A stretch of DNA of 11,376 nucleotides from Nitrospirota bacterium. Its GTDB lineage: Bacteria > Nitrospirota > Thermodesulfovibrionia > Thermodesulfovibrionales > Dissulfurispiraceae. The stretch covers positions 1 to 11,376 of the forward strand of contig JBFLWF010000053.1 in assembly GCA_040758355.1 (NCBI GenBank), written 5' to 3'. A program made the position numbers and the translations under genes. The notes beneath the pieces were generated by a model. The model searched no databases, had not been told where the DNA came from, and worked only from the letters and a program-made list of their open reading frames with translations. Of this stretch, positions 1 to 8,018 are shown piece by piece (within the stretch, counting starts at the first letter, position 1; each line of letters opens with the position of its first letter).

Positions 1-89
1 GTGGTAGACCACCACGTTGATAGGCTGGAGGTGTAAGCATAGTAATGTGTTCAGCTTACCAGTACTAATAGACCGTGTGCCTTGACCTT
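1..89 (+). rRNA. rrl: 23S rRNA, 3' end (partial)
   Basis: GTTGATAGGCTGGAGGTGTAAGCA...CAGCTTACCAGTACTAATAGACCGTG...CTTGACC matches the conserved bacterial 23S 3' terminus and is followed by a 5S gene. The end is approximate. Confidence 0.95.
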
Positions 90-120
90 ATTCTTACTCC
101 CATACTTTGTCAATTTTTTA

Positions 121-150
121 TTGCAATTTTAATTTCATTTGTGGTATTTT
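121..150 (+). promoter_or_regulatory. putative sigma70 promoter inside the 23S-5S spacer
   Basis: TTGCAA (121-126), N18, TATTTT (145-150) with an extended -10 TG (142-143). Predicted +1 at about 156-157 coincides with the 5S 5' end. Confidence 0.4.
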
Positions 151-156
151 AATATT

Positions 157-272
<116 letters not shown>

Positions 273-285
273 TTAAAATTAAAAT

Positions 286-318
286 AAAAAGGCCCGGTTA
301 AATACCGAGCCTTTTTTT
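286..318. terminator. bidirectional intrinsic terminator (rrn operon / convergent kinase gene)
   Basis: AAAAAGGC-C-CGGT-TAAAT-ACCG-A-GCCTTTTTTT: a hairpin flanked by an A-tract and a T-tract, between 5S and the kinase stop codon. Confidence 0.85.
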
Positions 319-329
319 ATTGATTTAAT

Positions 330-2900
330 TTAATTATCCAGAATATCTCTAATCTTTCTCAAAAGCACATCGGGTAAAATAGGTTTTGAGATAAAATGCA
401 GGCCTTCTTCAAGAATGCCTTTCTTATGCACAATATCTGCTGTATATCCACTTATAAAAAGGGCTTTTAGTTCCGGATTTGTCTTTTTTATATTTTCATA
501 AACCTCTTTGCCATTCATTTTAGGCATGATCACATCAGAAACAAGGAGCTGTATTGCATCTCTATTGTCTGCATATTTGGCCATGGCATCTTCTCCATCC
601 ACTGCTTCGATAACCCTGTATCCTGCTTCTTTAAGTATAATTCCTATTAGCTCTCTGACCCGTTCATCATCCTCAACCAAAAGCACCGTTCCTGTGCCTC
701 CTTGAGGCTGGAGTAGAACTTCCTTCAAAGTCTCTTCTGCTTTCGATGCAATCAGTGGAATATATATTTTGAAGGTGCTGCCTCTACCGGGTTCGCTATA
801 AATACTAATATTGCCATTGTGCTGTTTTATTATCCCGTATGCTATTGAAAGCCCCAGTCCGGTCCCTTTCCCCACTTCTTTTGTGGTGAAAAATGGTTCA
901 AATATTTTTTCTTTAGTTTTTTCATCCATACCGATCCCCGTATCTGTAACAGAAATAAGGGCATACATTCCGGGTCTTTCAAAAAGGTGGCTCCTTTGAA
1001 ATGCCTCGTCGACTTTAATGACCTCGGTCTCTATAGTCAGAATGCCTCCATTAGGCATGGCGTCCCTTGCATTAGTAGCAAGATTCATTAAGACCTGCTC
1101 TATCTGTCCGCCGTCTGCCACTATAAAAGGATTTGCGTCTGTCAGAACAGTCCTGAGTTCTACGTCCTCTCCGATAAGCCTGCATAGGAAATTCTCTGTT
1201 CTTTTTATTATTTCATTAAGGTTTGAGGGTCTCATATCTATTGGCTGTTTCCTGCTGAAGGCAAGAAGGCTCTGGGTTAGATGGGTTGCCCTTTCTGCCG
1301 AGGCGAGTATTTGTTTAAGGTAAGACTTTACAGGGACACCCTCTTTCATCTGAATATCCAAAAGGTTCCCGTAGCCGATTATGGTGGTGAGTATGTTATT
1401 AAAGTCATGGGCAATTCCCCCTGCAAGGAGCCCGATCGCCTCCATCTTCTGTGATTGACGAAGCTGATCTTCGAGTTTTATCCTCTCGGTAATGTCCTCG
1501 GCCATTGAGGCAACACCTATGACCTTGCTGCTTTCATCCAGAAGCGGGGTATTAAACCATTCGCATATGATAGTTCTTCTGTCTTTAGTGATATTCTCAT
1601 TGGTATTACGTGATCCTCCACTTAGATTCAACAAATTTTGCCAGACTTTCGCTACTTGTTCTCTTGCATTCTTTGGTACGACGAGATCTATAAAGGGACG
1701 TCCTATGGCCTCATCCCTGCTATAGCCGAATATTTTTTCTGCAGAAAGGTTCCATTCCTTTACCAGACCATTTAGGTCAAACTCTATAACAGCTAAAGGG
1801 GTGTTCTGGACATGAAAGGAAAGCATCTGACTTGATTTTCTCAACGCCTCCTCTGTCAGTTTCTTTTCAGCGATCTCCTCTTTCAATCTGACATTTGTTT
1901 CTGCAAGCTCTGCCGTCCGCTCTTCGACCCGCGTTTCCAGTTCTTCCTGAGCCTTCAGCAGCGCCTCTTCAGCCCGTTTGCGCTCGGTGATCTCCTGAGC
2001 CAATTGTTTATTTGCAGCCCCGAGCTCTTCTGATTTCTTTTCTGCCGATGCACGGGCGTTGCCCAGGTCATTTGCAGCTGACATTACAGTTCGTCTTGAA
2101 ATAATGATGACGACTGCACTGACTAAGGAAATCACCACTATCACCAGGTATAGGTTTGACCAGAAATCCTTTTCAACGGTGGAATGGTCTACTATTAACA
2201 GCCCTTTCATGGGGCTGGTTCCAATGATTTCATCAGAAAAATTTATTAATATTTCATGTTGTTTCATGGTTGCAGTAACCTCTTTGGTTCTTTTCGAAGA
2301 AACAACCTCCTTGCCGTCATAGGAAAGCTTCAGATTCACACGATGCAGCCTTGCAAAGTCATCTGCCATCTTCTGATTTAGGTATTTTCCCACAACCATC
2401 ACCCCGATAGGCCCATAGGTGCCTTCCAACCGTTTTAATGAAAGAAGAATCAATTGCCCATTATAAATGGCTGCTGCTAATCGGGTTTGTTGACCATTCT
2501 TCATAGCCAGTACCAATGGGGACAATTCATCCACTCTTCCGAATACGCCTGGTGCAGCGGCGTTTGCCATGATTTTTCCATTCATATCATAGACATTAAT
2601 TAGTCCATAATACATCTGGGCATGGTATGGAATGATTTCGGTGAGTATCGCATCAATATTGCCTATCTTAACGCTGTCGATGAAGTGCCATTTATTGGTC
2701 AATAAATGTATTAACTCACGGTTTCTTTGCTGTTGCTCGCTTAAGATGGTTCTCAGCGTGTTTAAATGTTTATCTATTTCAATCTCTTCTTGCTTTTCAA
2801 AAGAAAGATAATGCGTAAGAGATACGTAACAAATTCCAAAAATAGAAAATACGATCATTAATAGTGTCGGGACAAGTAATTTGGTTCTGATATTGTTCAT
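330..2900 (-). CDS. membrane-bound hybrid sensor histidine kinase/response regulator (TM, periplasmic Cache-like domain, TM, coiled coil, PAS, HisKA, HATPase, REC)
   Basis: 856 aa with two TM segments. PAS (WNLSAEKIFGYSRDEAIG...DITER), H-box AHDFNNILT, N-box LATNARDAM, G1 DTGIGM, F-box FEPFFTTK, G2 GTGLGL, and receiver LLVEDD...SDVIMPKMNG...KP. Confidence 0.95.
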   Translation of the reverse strand: MNNIRTKLLVPTLLMIVFSIFGICYVSLTHYLSFEKQEEIEIDKHLNTLRTILSEQQQRNRELIHLLTNKWHFIDSVKIGNIDAILTEIIPYHAQMYYGLINVYDMNGKIMANAAAPGVFGRVDELSPLVLAMKNGQQTRLAAAIYNGQLILLSLKRLEGTYGPIGVMVVGKYLNQKMADDFARLHRVNLKLSYDGKEVVSSKRTKEVTATMKQHEILINFSDEIIGTSPMKGLLIVDHSTVEKDFWSNLYLVIVVISLVSAVVIIISRRTVMSAANDLGNARASAEKKSEELGAANKQLAQEITERKRAEEALLKAQEELETRVEERTAELAETNVRLKEEIAEKKLTEEALRKSSQMLSFHVQNTPLAVIEFDLNGLVKEWNLSAEKIFGYSRDEAIGRPFIDLVVPKNAREQVAKVWQNLLNLSGGSRNTNENITKDRRTIICEWFNTPLLDESSKVIGVASMAEDITERIKLEDQLRQSQKMEAIGLLAGGIAHDFNNILTTIIGYGNLLDIQMKEGVPVKSYLKQILASAERATHLTQSLLAFSRKQPIDMRPSNLNEIIKRTENFLCRLIGEDVELRTVLTDANPFIVADGGQIEQVLMNLATNARDAMPNGGILTIETEVIKVDEAFQRSHLFERPGMYALISVTDTGIGMDEKTKEKIFEPFFTTKEVGKGTGLGLSIAYGIIKQHNGNISIYSEPGRGSTFKIYIPLIASKAEETLKEVLLQPQGGTGTVLLVEDDERVRELIGIILKEAGYRVIEAVDGEDAMAKYADNRDAIQLLVSDVIMPKMNGKEVYENIKKTNPELKALFISGYTADIVHKKGILEEGLHFISKPILPDVLLRKIRDILDN

Positions 2901-2914
2901 TGGTCTATAAATTT

Positions 2915-3787
2915 TTATTTACTTTTTTCCTCTTGCTCTATCAACAAACGCATTCCGTCATAAAAACTTTCGGGATGGGATGCATAACCAGCGGTAGGCA
3001 ACCCCTTTAATAAGGCCGGGTCAATGGAAGGTAATACATTTTTTATCTTTTCGCTTATTTCTTCCGGCAATGAGGGATGTGAAACAATTGCCAGATTAGG
3101 AATGGGCGGGGTAACAAAAAGGGGCTTAAATATATCCCCGTATTTTTTCTTGGCTTGTCCCCAGTTGAAATCCCATGTCGCCCCGGCATCAATACTCCCG
3201 GCAGCGATAGCATCCGTAACACGGGGATGGCTCCCCAAAAAATAAACCTTGCCGAAATATCTCGCAGGAATAATGCCCTGTTTGTGCAATAATGCATTGG
3301 TATAAAGATATCCACTTGTTGAGTGATGGCTGACAAAGGCAAACCTCTTGCCTTTAAGATCCTTAAGACCCTTGAGATCTTTGCGTGTCTTCAGTGCAAG
3401 GATATAACCGTGGTAGGAATCAATTAACATGGTTTTATTCTCATTCCATTTTAGTTCGGTCAAAAGAAGTTGCAGTTTTGGATTTTTCTGCTTGGCCACT
3501 ACAAATGGCACCGGTCCTAACGACGCGAGATGGACCTTGCCGCTGGCGACCATTTCAATCATTTCCTCATAGGTATCGGCTCCAACGAAATCAAACCGGC
3601 AACCCACCTTCTTCCCCAGCCATGTGAGCATGGGGGTATATAAACCCCGTATCTCGTCAATTGTCTGGCCCATTTGATATGGAGGGATGCCGAAGTAATA
3701 AACAGGAAGATCGCCTGCCTGCGCAGAAAGCCGACTAAAACCTCCAATAAAGAGTAAGGCGATGAGCGATATGACTATTTTTTTCAT
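2915..3787 (-). CDS. PhnD-like (phosphate/phosphite/phosphonate-type) periplasmic substrate-binding protein
   Basis: 290 aa with an N-terminal signal peptide. Motifs DLKGKRFAFVSHHSTSGYL, GSHPRV...IAAGSIDAGAT and TPPIPN are typical of the PhnD/SsuA-like family. Its stop lies 14 nt before the kinase start. Confidence 0.88.
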   Translation of the reverse strand: MKKIVISLIALLFIGGFSRLSAQAGDLPVYYFGIPPYQMGQTIDEIRGLYTPMLTWLGKKVGCRFDFVGADTYEEMIEMVASGKVHLASLGPVPFVVAKQKNPKLQLLLTELKWNENKTMLIDSYHGYILALKTRKDLKGLKDLKGKRFAFVSHHSTSGYLYTNALLHKQGIIPARYFGKVYFLGSHPRVTDAIAAGSIDAGATWDFNWGQAKKKYGDIFKPLFVTPPIPNLAIVSHPSLPEEISEKIKNVLPSIDPALLKGLPTAGYASHPESFYDGMRLLIEQEEKSK

Positions 3788-3823
3788 GCCGCCATTTATC
3801 CTTGCACATTTTTCTTGTTGTGT

Positions 3824-3852
3824 ATTTTGATACTATATCAAGCAAAAGTCAA
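3824..3852 (-). promoter_or_regulatory. putative sigma70 promoter of the binding protein-kinase operon, overlapped by an inverted repeat
   Basis: Minus strand TTGACT (3852-3847), N17, CAAAAT (3829-3824). Palindrome TTGATA-CTA-TATCAA at 3827-3841. Confidence 0.5.
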
Positions 3853-3919
3853 TTCTAAATAGGAATGATAAGATCGGTGAGATTATCCTGCCCGGTCAGA
3901 TGTCCAGACAGAGCTCATT

Positions 3920-3966
3920 ACAAGAAGTATCTCCTGCAACAAGGATTCTTCCTGCTGCAGGAGATA
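3920..3966 (-). terminator. probable intrinsic terminator of the small Cys-motif gene
   Basis: Minus-strand hairpin TATCTCCTGCAGCAGGA-AGAA-TCCTTGTTGCAGGAGATA starts 3 nt after the TAA and is followed by CTTCTTGT. Confidence 0.65.
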
Positions 3967-3969
3967 TGA

Positions 3970-4128
3970 TTACTCTCCGCAGCAGATGCGTCTCATCCTT
4001 TTCTTGCCTGATGGAGAAACGGCCATAACAGCCTCTACCTTGTTGCCGCAATTGCGGCAGACTATAGCCTTGCTCTTGTTCTCAGCCCTTGCTGCAACAT
4101 CGGTCTTTGACTTACCTTTTTCAGCCAT
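3970..4128 (-). CDS. small basic Cys-motif protein (52 aa, CxxC...CC; possible Zn-ribbon)
   Basis: Manual translation MAEKGKSKTDVAARAENKSKAIVCRNCGNKVEAVMAVSPSGKKRMRRICCGE*. GGAGG SD (4140-4136) lies 7 nt before the ATG and a terminator follows the stop. Too short for the ORF track. Confidence 0.75.
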   Translation of the reverse strand: MAEKGKSKTDVAARAENKSKAIVCRNCGNKVEAVMAVSPSGKKRMRRICCGE

Positions 4129-4383
4129 GATTCATCCTCCTTTCTTTTACATTCTTATGAGAGAACTCGCAAAAGTCCTCCCGCATATTTGCATGCATAC
4201 TATTTCCCCAACATTTTTCTGATTGATACTGCCAAGATAGACTATTGGCACAACCCGAGGAAATTGCACAAAACTTAACAATCTAACTGAAAAGATAAAG
4301 GTTTGTCAACTTGATCTGTGAGTAAGGATAGCAGAAAATTTCATTGCTGATTGTGATCAATCCCAGTGGGATGTCGTAATGGT

Positions 4384-5040
4384 TTAGAGTATGTCTGGTT
4401 TATCGCTGGCAATACCGTCGGCTCCCTTGTCCATGTATGCCTTTGCCTCTTGTTTTGTATTTATAGTCCAGACAATGACCTTGAGATTATTCTTGTGGGC
4501 GTCTTCAATGTTCTTGGTATGTGTAAGCTTATAGAGTGGAACGAGATACTGTGCGTTAAGCTTAAGCGCAGAAGCAATCGGATTTTTATGTTTTGCATAA
4601 ATCAAACCTGTTTCGATTTTGGTGTCCAGTCTCCTCACCTCTGAAAGAGCGTCCTCATGAAAAGAGACAATGATAACATGGTCATGCAGTTTTTCTTTTT
4701 TTATGACTTCCAGAACATTCTTCCCGCAGCCGATTTCTTTTAACTCAATAAGTATTTTTCCGACCTTTTTGTCGATAAATTGCAAGGCCTCTGCAAGAGT
4801 TGGGATTTTGTTTCCGGTTATTTGTTTTAATTCTTTTAATGTTGCCTGATTTATTGCAATCTCCTTGCCGAAGACCCTTTTTAGGTTATCATCATGTATG
4901 ACAACCAATTTCCCATCTTTTGTCTTTCGAACATCAAACTCGATTGCATTCACGCCGAGTTCTATAGCCTTTTTAAAGCTTTCGATCGTATTCTCTATTT
5001 CGTATGCCCTTGCGCCGCGATGTCCGACCTTTAAAAACAT
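4384..5040 (-). CDS. glycerophosphodiester phosphodiesterase family protein (cytoplasmic GDPD)
   Basis: GHRGA, ENTIESF, IEFDV, IHD, IELK, WTIN and DGIASDKP motifs. Start moved to ATG 5040 (MFLKVGHRG), preceded by GGAGGG overlapping the SDR stop. Confidence 0.92.
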   Translation of the reverse strand: MFLKVGHRGARAYEIENTIESFKKAIELGVNAIEFDVRKTKDGKLVVIHDDNLKRVFGKEIAINQATLKELKQITGNKIPTLAEALQFIDKKVGKILIELKEIGCGKNVLEVIKKEKLHDHVIIVSFHEDALSEVRRLDTKIETGLIYAKHKNPIASALKLNAQYLVPLYKLTHTKNIEDAHKNNLKVIVWTINTKQEAKAYMDKGADGIASDKPDIL

Positions 5041-5051
5041 TTTCCACCCTC

Positions 5052-5783
5052 CTACCACGGCAGTTCTTCATTAAAATGGAAGAATTTGCCTGTAGGGCCT
5101 TTGAGGCCGAGCGTTGCCAGCCTTAGTGCTGTTTTTGCGCCTTCAGTAACATCCATCGGCGCATCCGGGCCTCCCATATCCGTTCTCACCCAGCCTGGAT
5201 GGGCTGAGTTTACTTTGATAGGCGTATTTTTGAGGGCAGCAGCCAGATGGATGGTGAACTGGTTCAAGGCTGTCTTTGAGGCATCATAAGCAAATGGTTT
5301 GAAGTCATTGGATTCTTCGCTCTGGTAAGCAAGAGAGCCAAGGATGCTTGAGACATTTACGATGCGGCCTGCACCGCTTTTTTTGATGAGAGGGAGAAGT
5401 GCCTGTGTCAGTTCCACTGCTCCAAAAAAATTTACATCAAAGGTCTGGCGGAGTGCCTTCGGCGAGACAGTTTCAACACTGTTGCTGACAAGGGGCTCCT
5501 CGGGACTGACCATTCCTGCATTGTTCACAAGGATATCGAGTTTGCTGAAATGTTCTTCTATGTATTTCCTGACACGTTTGATATGCTCGGATTTTGTAAT
5601 ATCAAGCAGTATGAATTCTACATCGAGACCTTCGCTTTGCAATTTTTTGGCTGCTGTCCTTCCTTTTGATTCTTTGCGTGCTCCCATGAGCACCTTGATT
5701 TTCATTTTGGCCAGTTGGCGGCTTGTTTCGAAACCGAGCCCTTTGTTAGCACCTGTAACTAAGGCGATCAATTTTGATGACAT
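5052..5783 (-). CDS. classical SDR family oxidoreductase (carbonyl reductase-like, probably NADP(H))
   Basis: TGANKGLG Rossmann motif, LVNNAG, NVSS, catalytic YDASK and HPGWVRTDMGG. GGAGG SD upstream. Confidence 0.95.
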   Translation of the reverse strand: MSSKLIALVTGANKGLGFETSRQLAKMKIKVLMGARKESKGRTAAKKLQSEGLDVEFILLDITKSEHIKRVRKYIEEHFSKLDILVNNAGMVSPEEPLVSNSVETVSPKALRQTFDVNFFGAVELTQALLPLIKKSGAGRIVNVSSILGSLAYQSEESNDFKPFAYDASKTALNQFTIHLAAALKNTPIKVNSAHPGWVRTDMGGPDAPMDVTEGAKTALRLATLGLKGPTGKFFHFNEELPW

Positions 5784-5890
5784 GGTTGCCTCCTTGATGT
5801 TTTAAAAATATAAAAATGGCTTTATGATTTATCTGTAATGCATGTATAATTTCTTTTATGTCTTACTATAATAAATAAAGGAGATTCATA

Positions 5891-6220
5891 ATGGAAATCT
5901 CAAATAGAATAAGATATTACCACTACATTTCAGGAATGCTCGCAAACCAACAGTCAGACCCATTATGTGGCATATGCAAGGCCTTTGTAAACAGTGTGAG
6001 GATTGTCAGGGAAGACATCGAGGATTTCGAGCTAAATCACGCCGTTGAGATGAAATCTTTATCAAATGAGATGGCGGGTATGCTTTCTCATGCAAAGAAG
6101 GTTCTCGCAGGACTGAAGACCATAGAAGATGCCGCAGGACAGAAAAAGGCCGGGAACTGCAAGATGCCCGAGGGGGTTTGTTTTGTGAAGACATCAAAGG
6201 CAATTGTTGAGAAGATTTAA
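5891..6220 (+). CDS. hypothetical protein with CxxC and Cx6C motifs (109 aa)
   Basis: AAGGAG SD at 5878-5883 and TATAAT boxes at 5845 and 5867. Contains CGIC and CKMPEGVC. Ends 12 nt before the methyltransferase start. Confidence 0.8.
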   Translation: MEISNRIRYYHYISGMLANQQSDPLCGICKAFVNSVRIVREDIEDFELNHAVEMKSLSNEMAGMLSHAKKVLAGLKTIEDAAGQKKAGNCKMPEGVCFVKTSKAIVEKI

Positions 6221-6232
6221 GGTGCATTACAA

Positions 6233-6847
6233 ATGGACGAACTTTCAAAGAAATATGTAATCTCATTTTTTGACAAGAACCTGATGCTGCACGGCGACAG
6301 GCCCGAGGCTGTGAGGTGGTCGCCAAAGGGGCAGATACTTCATTATGAGGCAATGCTCGATATCGGTAATATCAATGGCTCAAAAATCCTTGATTTCGGA
6401 TGCGGAAAGGGCGATTTTTATCAGTTCTTGAAAGACAGGGTCATTTCTGTCGAATATTCGGGCTTTGATATTAATGACAAGTTAATTGCCCTTGCAAAAC
6501 GGAAATTCCCCGGTGTTGATTTCAGAATTTTCGACATAGAAAGAGATCCGATGAAAGAAGATTTTGATTATATACTCATCTGCGGGGTCTTCAATCTACA
6601 GGTGCAGGGCATCGATGAGTTAATTAAAACCGCCCTGATACGCCTCTTTCAACACTGCCGCGTTGCCCTCGGCTTTAATGCCCTCTCTTCGCATAATCCA
6701 AGAAAGGATTTTGAGTTGCACTACACTTCTCCTGAAGACATTTTTAATTTTGCGGCGACAAAACTATCCCCCATTGTGTCGCTCAGGCATGACAGGATAG
6801 TATGTGACTTCACGCTGTTTGTATATAAGGATATCAATAAATACTAA
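6233..6847 (+). CDS. class I SAM-dependent methyltransferase
   Basis: Motif I ILDFGCGKG, post-I YSGFDIN and motif II DFDYIL. AAGG upstream. Confidence 0.92.
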   Translation: MDELSKKYVISFFDKNLMLHGDRPEAVRWSPKGQILHYEAMLDIGNINGSKILDFGCGKGDFYQFLKDRVISVEYSGFDINDKLIALAKRKFPGVDFRIFDIERDPMKEDFDYILICGVFNLQVQGIDELIKTALIRLFQHCRVALGFNALSSHNPRKDFELHYTSPEDIFNFAATKLSPIVSLRHDRIVCDFTLFVYKDINKY

Positions 6848-7938
6848 TCCCCGAATGAAATCCCGATTTCCCTTGCAGTCTTTACTGTATCTCCGTCTGT
6901 AGGAACCCTTTTCATGCTGCCGACGACTTTTTCGAGGGGAACGGTTTTCACATCAGGAGGATCGAGGGCTATCATTACGCCGAAGTTCTTCTTCTCAATC
7001 ATACGGACTGCTGCTGCTCCGAAACGGAGAGCAAGGAGCCTGTCGAATGTGGTAGGAGAACCGCCACGCTGCAAATGGCCTAAGACCAATGCGCGCGTGT
7101 CTTTGCCGGTCCTTTTTGTTATCTCTTTAGATACAAACTCTCCGATCCCGCCCAATACAACATCCTGGCGTCCCATCTCTCCTTTGCCTTTGTCGATCTG
7201 ACGGCCTCCTATGGGTGCAGCGCCTTCAGCAGCCACCACTATGGCATAATGCTGTCCGTGCAGGTCCAGCCCCATTATATGGTCGCAAACCTTTTCGACA
7301 TCAAATGGTATTTCAGGGATTAAGATTACATCTGCAGCGCCTGAGATGCCGCTGTTAAGGGCAATCCACCCGGCATGCCTACCCATGACCTCCACCACCA
7401 TCACCCTGTCATGGGATTTTGCTGTGGAATGAAGGCGGTCTATGGCCTCTGTTGCGATGTTTACTGCAGTATCGAAGCCGAAGGTAATCACCGTTCCTCC
7501 GAGGTCATTGTCGATGGTCTTTGGGACGCCGATAACCGGCATGCCCTTTTTGTAAAAGTCATGGGCTATTTTAAGGCTTCCATCCCCTCCAACTGCTATA
7601 AGGCAATCGAGGCGCAGGCGCTTGAAATTCTCCACGACCTTATTGGATACATCCCTTATCTCTATCTCTCCAGCCATATTCTTAATGGGCATCTGGAAAG
7701 GGTTCCCTTTGTTTGTTGTCCCGAGAATTGTACCTCCGACGTTTGATATGTGGCGTACATTATCCGGGGTCAAACGGATAATCTCGTCTGTATTTAAAAG
7801 GCCGGCATATCCGTTTTTAATGCCGTACACCTCCCAGTTTCTGTTATAGGCTGACAGGACAACAGCCTCTATAACCGCATTGAGACCAGGCGCATCCCCT
7901 CCGCCTGTATTTATGGCTATCCTCATCCCCTTTTCCAT
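6844..7938 (-). CDS. pfkA: 6-phosphofructokinase, PfkA family (group III-like, probably ATP-dependent)
   Basis: TGGGDAPGLN, GGTILGT, GGDGS, PKTIDND, EVMGRHAGW and LGHLQRGG. The start could alternatively be ATG 7926 (MRIAINT). Confidence 0.95.
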   Translation of the reverse strand: MEKGMRIAINTGGGDAPGLNAVIEAVVLSAYNRNWEVYGIKNGYAGLLNTDEIIRLTPDNVRHISNVGGTILGTTNKGNPFQMPIKNMAGEIEIRDVSNKVVENFKRLRLDCLIAVGGDGSLKIAHDFYKKGMPVIGVPKTIDNDLGGTVITFGFDTAVNIATEAIDRLHSTAKSHDRVMVVEVMGRHAGWIALNSGISGAADVILIPEIPFDVEKVCDHIMGLDLHGQHYAIVVAAEGAAPIGGRQIDKGKGEMGRQDVVLGGIGEFVSKEITKRTGKDTRALVLGHLQRGGSPTTFDRLLALRFGAAAVRMIEKKNFGVMIALDPPDVKTVPLEKVVGSMKRVPTDGDTVKTAREIGISFGD

Positions 7939-8018
7939 AAAGCCCCCCTTAAAATAGTTTGCAAGAAGTATATGTTATATTGTATCTCATTATAGGCACA
8001 TATGTTAGTTTTTAAATA

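Noticed and set aside
1830..2030. Duplicated ELxxxNxxLxxEIxExKxxEEAL segments in the kinase
   Set aside because: Ordinary signalling-helix coiled-coil repeats common in such kinases.
4169..4208. GG-N10-GC sigma54-like spacings on the minus strand
   Set aside because: They lack the TGGCAC core, so they are too weak to call.
3986..4222. 78-aa plus-strand ORF
   Set aside because: Shadow of the minus-strand microprotein, which has the SD and terminator.
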